Shown here piece after piece: positions 16,602-18,212 of a stretch of 18,212 nt of DNA. The notes beneath the pieces were generated by a model. The model saw only the letters and a list, made by a program, of their open reading frames with translations, was not told the origin of the DNA and ran no database searches. A program made the position numbers and the translations under genes. Where the stretch lies: assembly GCA_964411615.1 (NCBI GenBank), contig CAYPLO010000017.1, positions 9,710 to 27,921 of the forward strand, in the 5' to 3' direction. This DNA comes from an uncultured Aquificales bacterium (GTDB taxonomy: Bacteria; Thermosulfidibacterota; Thermosulfidibacteria; Thermosulfidibacterales; Thermosulfidibacteraceae). The first letter of the stretch is position 1, and each line of letters begins with the position of its first letter.

Positions 16602-18127
16602 ATTCCCTCCCCTGCAGGAAGAACTCCAAGAATATCCATCTCCTCCTTGGTGAGGCCAACGGCCCTGAGCCTCAGCCTGTTGCCCTTGAGGGACTCTATA
16701 GCATTTATGCCCATGAGACCAAGCATCTCCTTCATCTCATGTGCCCAGCCCTTGAGCAGATTTATCAACCTTTCGGCGGCAATCTCGGGATTGAGCCTGT
16801 TGGCAATGTACGGGTCGTTGGTGGTTATGCCCCAAGCACACTTACCTGTGTAGCACTTATGGCACAGGGTGCACCCCACAGCCAGAAGGGCAGCGGTTCC
16901 TATGTAGACAGCATCTGCCCCAAGGGCTATGGCCTTTATCACATCGGCGCTGTTTCTTATACCGCCTGCCGCTATGATGGAGACCCAGTTCCTTATGCCC
17001 TCATCCCTGAGCCTCTGGTCCACAACGGCAACGGCAACCTCCACGGGAATACCCACATAGTCCCTAACTATGGCGGGGGAAGCACCGGTCCCACCCCTAA
17101 ATCCGTCAAGGACGATTATATCCGCACCGGCTCTGGCTATACCGCTCGCTATAGCCGCAACGTTATGGACGGCAGCTATCTTCACGCTAACTGGCTTCTC
17201 GTAGTTGGTGGCCTCCTTTATGGCGTAGATGAGCTGTCGCAGGTCCTCTATGGAGTAGATGTCGTGGTGAGGAGCAGGAGAAAGGGCATCGGTCCCCACA
17301 GGAATCATCCTGGTCTTGGATATCTCCTCGTCCACCTTCTCTCCAGGAAGATGGCCGCCTATACCGGGCTTGGCCCCCTGCCCAATCTTTATCTCAACGG
17401 CAGCAGCCACCTTCAGGTACTCGGCACTGACCCCAAAACGGCCCGAAGCCACCTGCACGATGGTGCAGTCCCCATACTTGTAGAGGTCCCTGTGAAGGCT
17501 CCCCTCACCCGTGTTCCAGTAGGTTCCCATCTGGTATGCAGCCTCTGCCATGGCCTTGTGCATATTGAGGTTCAAGGCTCCGTAGGACATGGGAGCGAAT
17601 ATAACCGGTATCTCCGCCACAAGATTCGGATAGAGCTCCGTCTTCAGTTCAGGCTCACCCTTCTCGTTGTACTCAACCTTTAGAGCATCGGGCTTTCTGC
17701 CCAGGAAGGTCCTGAGCTCCATGGGTTCCCTCAGGGGGTCTATGGAAGGGTTGGTCACCTGGCAGGCGTCTATCAGCAGATGGTCCCAGTATACCCTAAA
17801 TCTTCTGTCGTTGCCTCCGCCTGTGAGGATAACACCTCCCTGGTCAGCTTGCTTGTAAATGTCCCTTATGGTTCTGGCATCCCAGTAGGCGTTGTGCTTG
17901 AACTCGTTTGTGACAGCCCTCACCTTTATGGCCCCTGTGGGGCACATGGCCTCACAGCGCTTGCAACCCACACACTTATGGTCATCCGTTATCACCTTCT
18001 TCTGGTAGGGAAGGTAGTAGGTGGCATCGTAGGTGCACTGCTGAACACAGCATCCGCACACTATGCACTTGTCGTAGTCCCTCTCCAGCTCAAACACAGG
18101 AAAGGAAGAGAGCGACTTATACAGCAT
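16598..18127 (-). CDS. FMN-binding glutamate synthase subunit with N-terminal 2x[4Fe-4S] domain (archaeal-type GltB2)
   Basis: CIVCGCCVQQC and CVGCKRCEAMCP; MSYGAL, NTGEG, QVASGRFGV, EIKIGQGAKPGIGGHLPGEKV, SPAPHHDIYSIEDL, DG..GGTGA and CTLCHKCYTGKCAWG. Start corrected to ATG 18127 (SD GGAGG). Confidence 0.94.
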   Translation of the reverse strand: MLYKSLSSFPVFELERDYDKCIVCGCCVQQCTYDATYYLPYQKKVITDDHKCVGCKRCEAMCPTGAIKVRAVTNEFKHNAYWDARTIRDIYKQADQGGVILTGGGNDRRFRVYWDHLLIDACQVTNPSIDPLREPMELRTFLGRKPDALKVEYNEKGEPELKTELYPNLVAEIPVIFAPMSYGALNLNMHKAMAEAAYQMGTYWNTGEGSLHRDLYKYGDCTIVQVASGRFGVSAEYLKVAAAVEIKIGQGAKPGIGGHLPGEKVDEEISKTRMIPVGTDALSPAPHHDIYSIEDLRQLIYAIKEATNYEKPVSVKIAAVHNVAAIASGIARAGADIIVLDGFRGGTGASPAIVRDYVGIPVEVAVAVVDQRLRDEGIRNWVSIIAAGGIRNSADVIKAIALGADAVYIGTAALLAVGCTLCHKCYTGKCAWGITTNDPYIANRLNPEIAAERLINLLKGWAHEMKEMLGLMGINAIESLKGNRLRLRAVGLTKEEMDILGVLPAGEGI

Positions 18128-18168
18128 GCAAACCTCCCGAAAGCTGCGTAGAGTCCACAAGCGGGACT

Positions 18169-18197
18169 TTCCTATATCAAAAGGCAAGTTTTGTCAA
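18169..18197 (-). promoter_or_regulatory. Putative promoter of the glutamate synthase operon
   Basis: Perfect TTGACA (18197-18192) followed by TGATATAGGAA; the -10 match is imperfect. Confidence 0.4.
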
Positions 18198-18212
18198 ATT
18201 CCGAGGGTTCAG

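Noticed and set aside
16739..17683. 314-aa plus-strand ORF
   Set aside because: Antisense shadow of the FMN glutamate synthase subunit.
18128..18187. 20-aa N-terminal extension of the glutamate synthase ORF
   Set aside because: The SD GGAGG precedes ATG 18127, and the extension overlaps the putative promoter.
1..18212. CRISPR arrays, IS elements, prophage or defence genes
   Set aside because: No regularly spaced repeats, terminal inverted repeats, transposase or phage-like proteins were seen by eye.

Overview
A gene-dense housekeeping region of moderately high GC, probably from a thermophilic, deep-branching diderm bacterium. That lineage call is inferred from the FBP aldolase/phosphatase, the split archaeal/Thermotoga-type glutamate synthase, CCA-encoding tRNAs, sigma70-like promoters and the surE-pcm-LysM/M23 synteny. 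There are two long minus-strand gene runs. Run 1 (18127->10855): a five-gene split glutamate synthase cluster, rlmB, a small membrane ORF and truD. Run 2 (9627->window start): tRNA-Leu, tRNA-Pro, surE, pcm, tRNA-Pro/TIGR00725-like, LysM-M23, ugd, yggT, yggU, mtnA, Zn-finger/TPR, ROK kinase, fbp and a partial ftsK. Between them is a short plus-strand unit (small secreted 4-Cys protein plus galT-like gene). I saw no mobile elements or CRISPR arrays. The top finding is a candidate small membrane selenoprotein between rlmB and truD: its in-frame UGA is followed by a bacterial SECIS-like hairpin, and read-through ends exactly in a GTGA overlap with truD. Also notable are a complete tRNA-Pro(CGG) that appears to lie inside the 5' coding region of a TIGR00725-like gene, and a secreted protein with CP12-like CX8C pairs.
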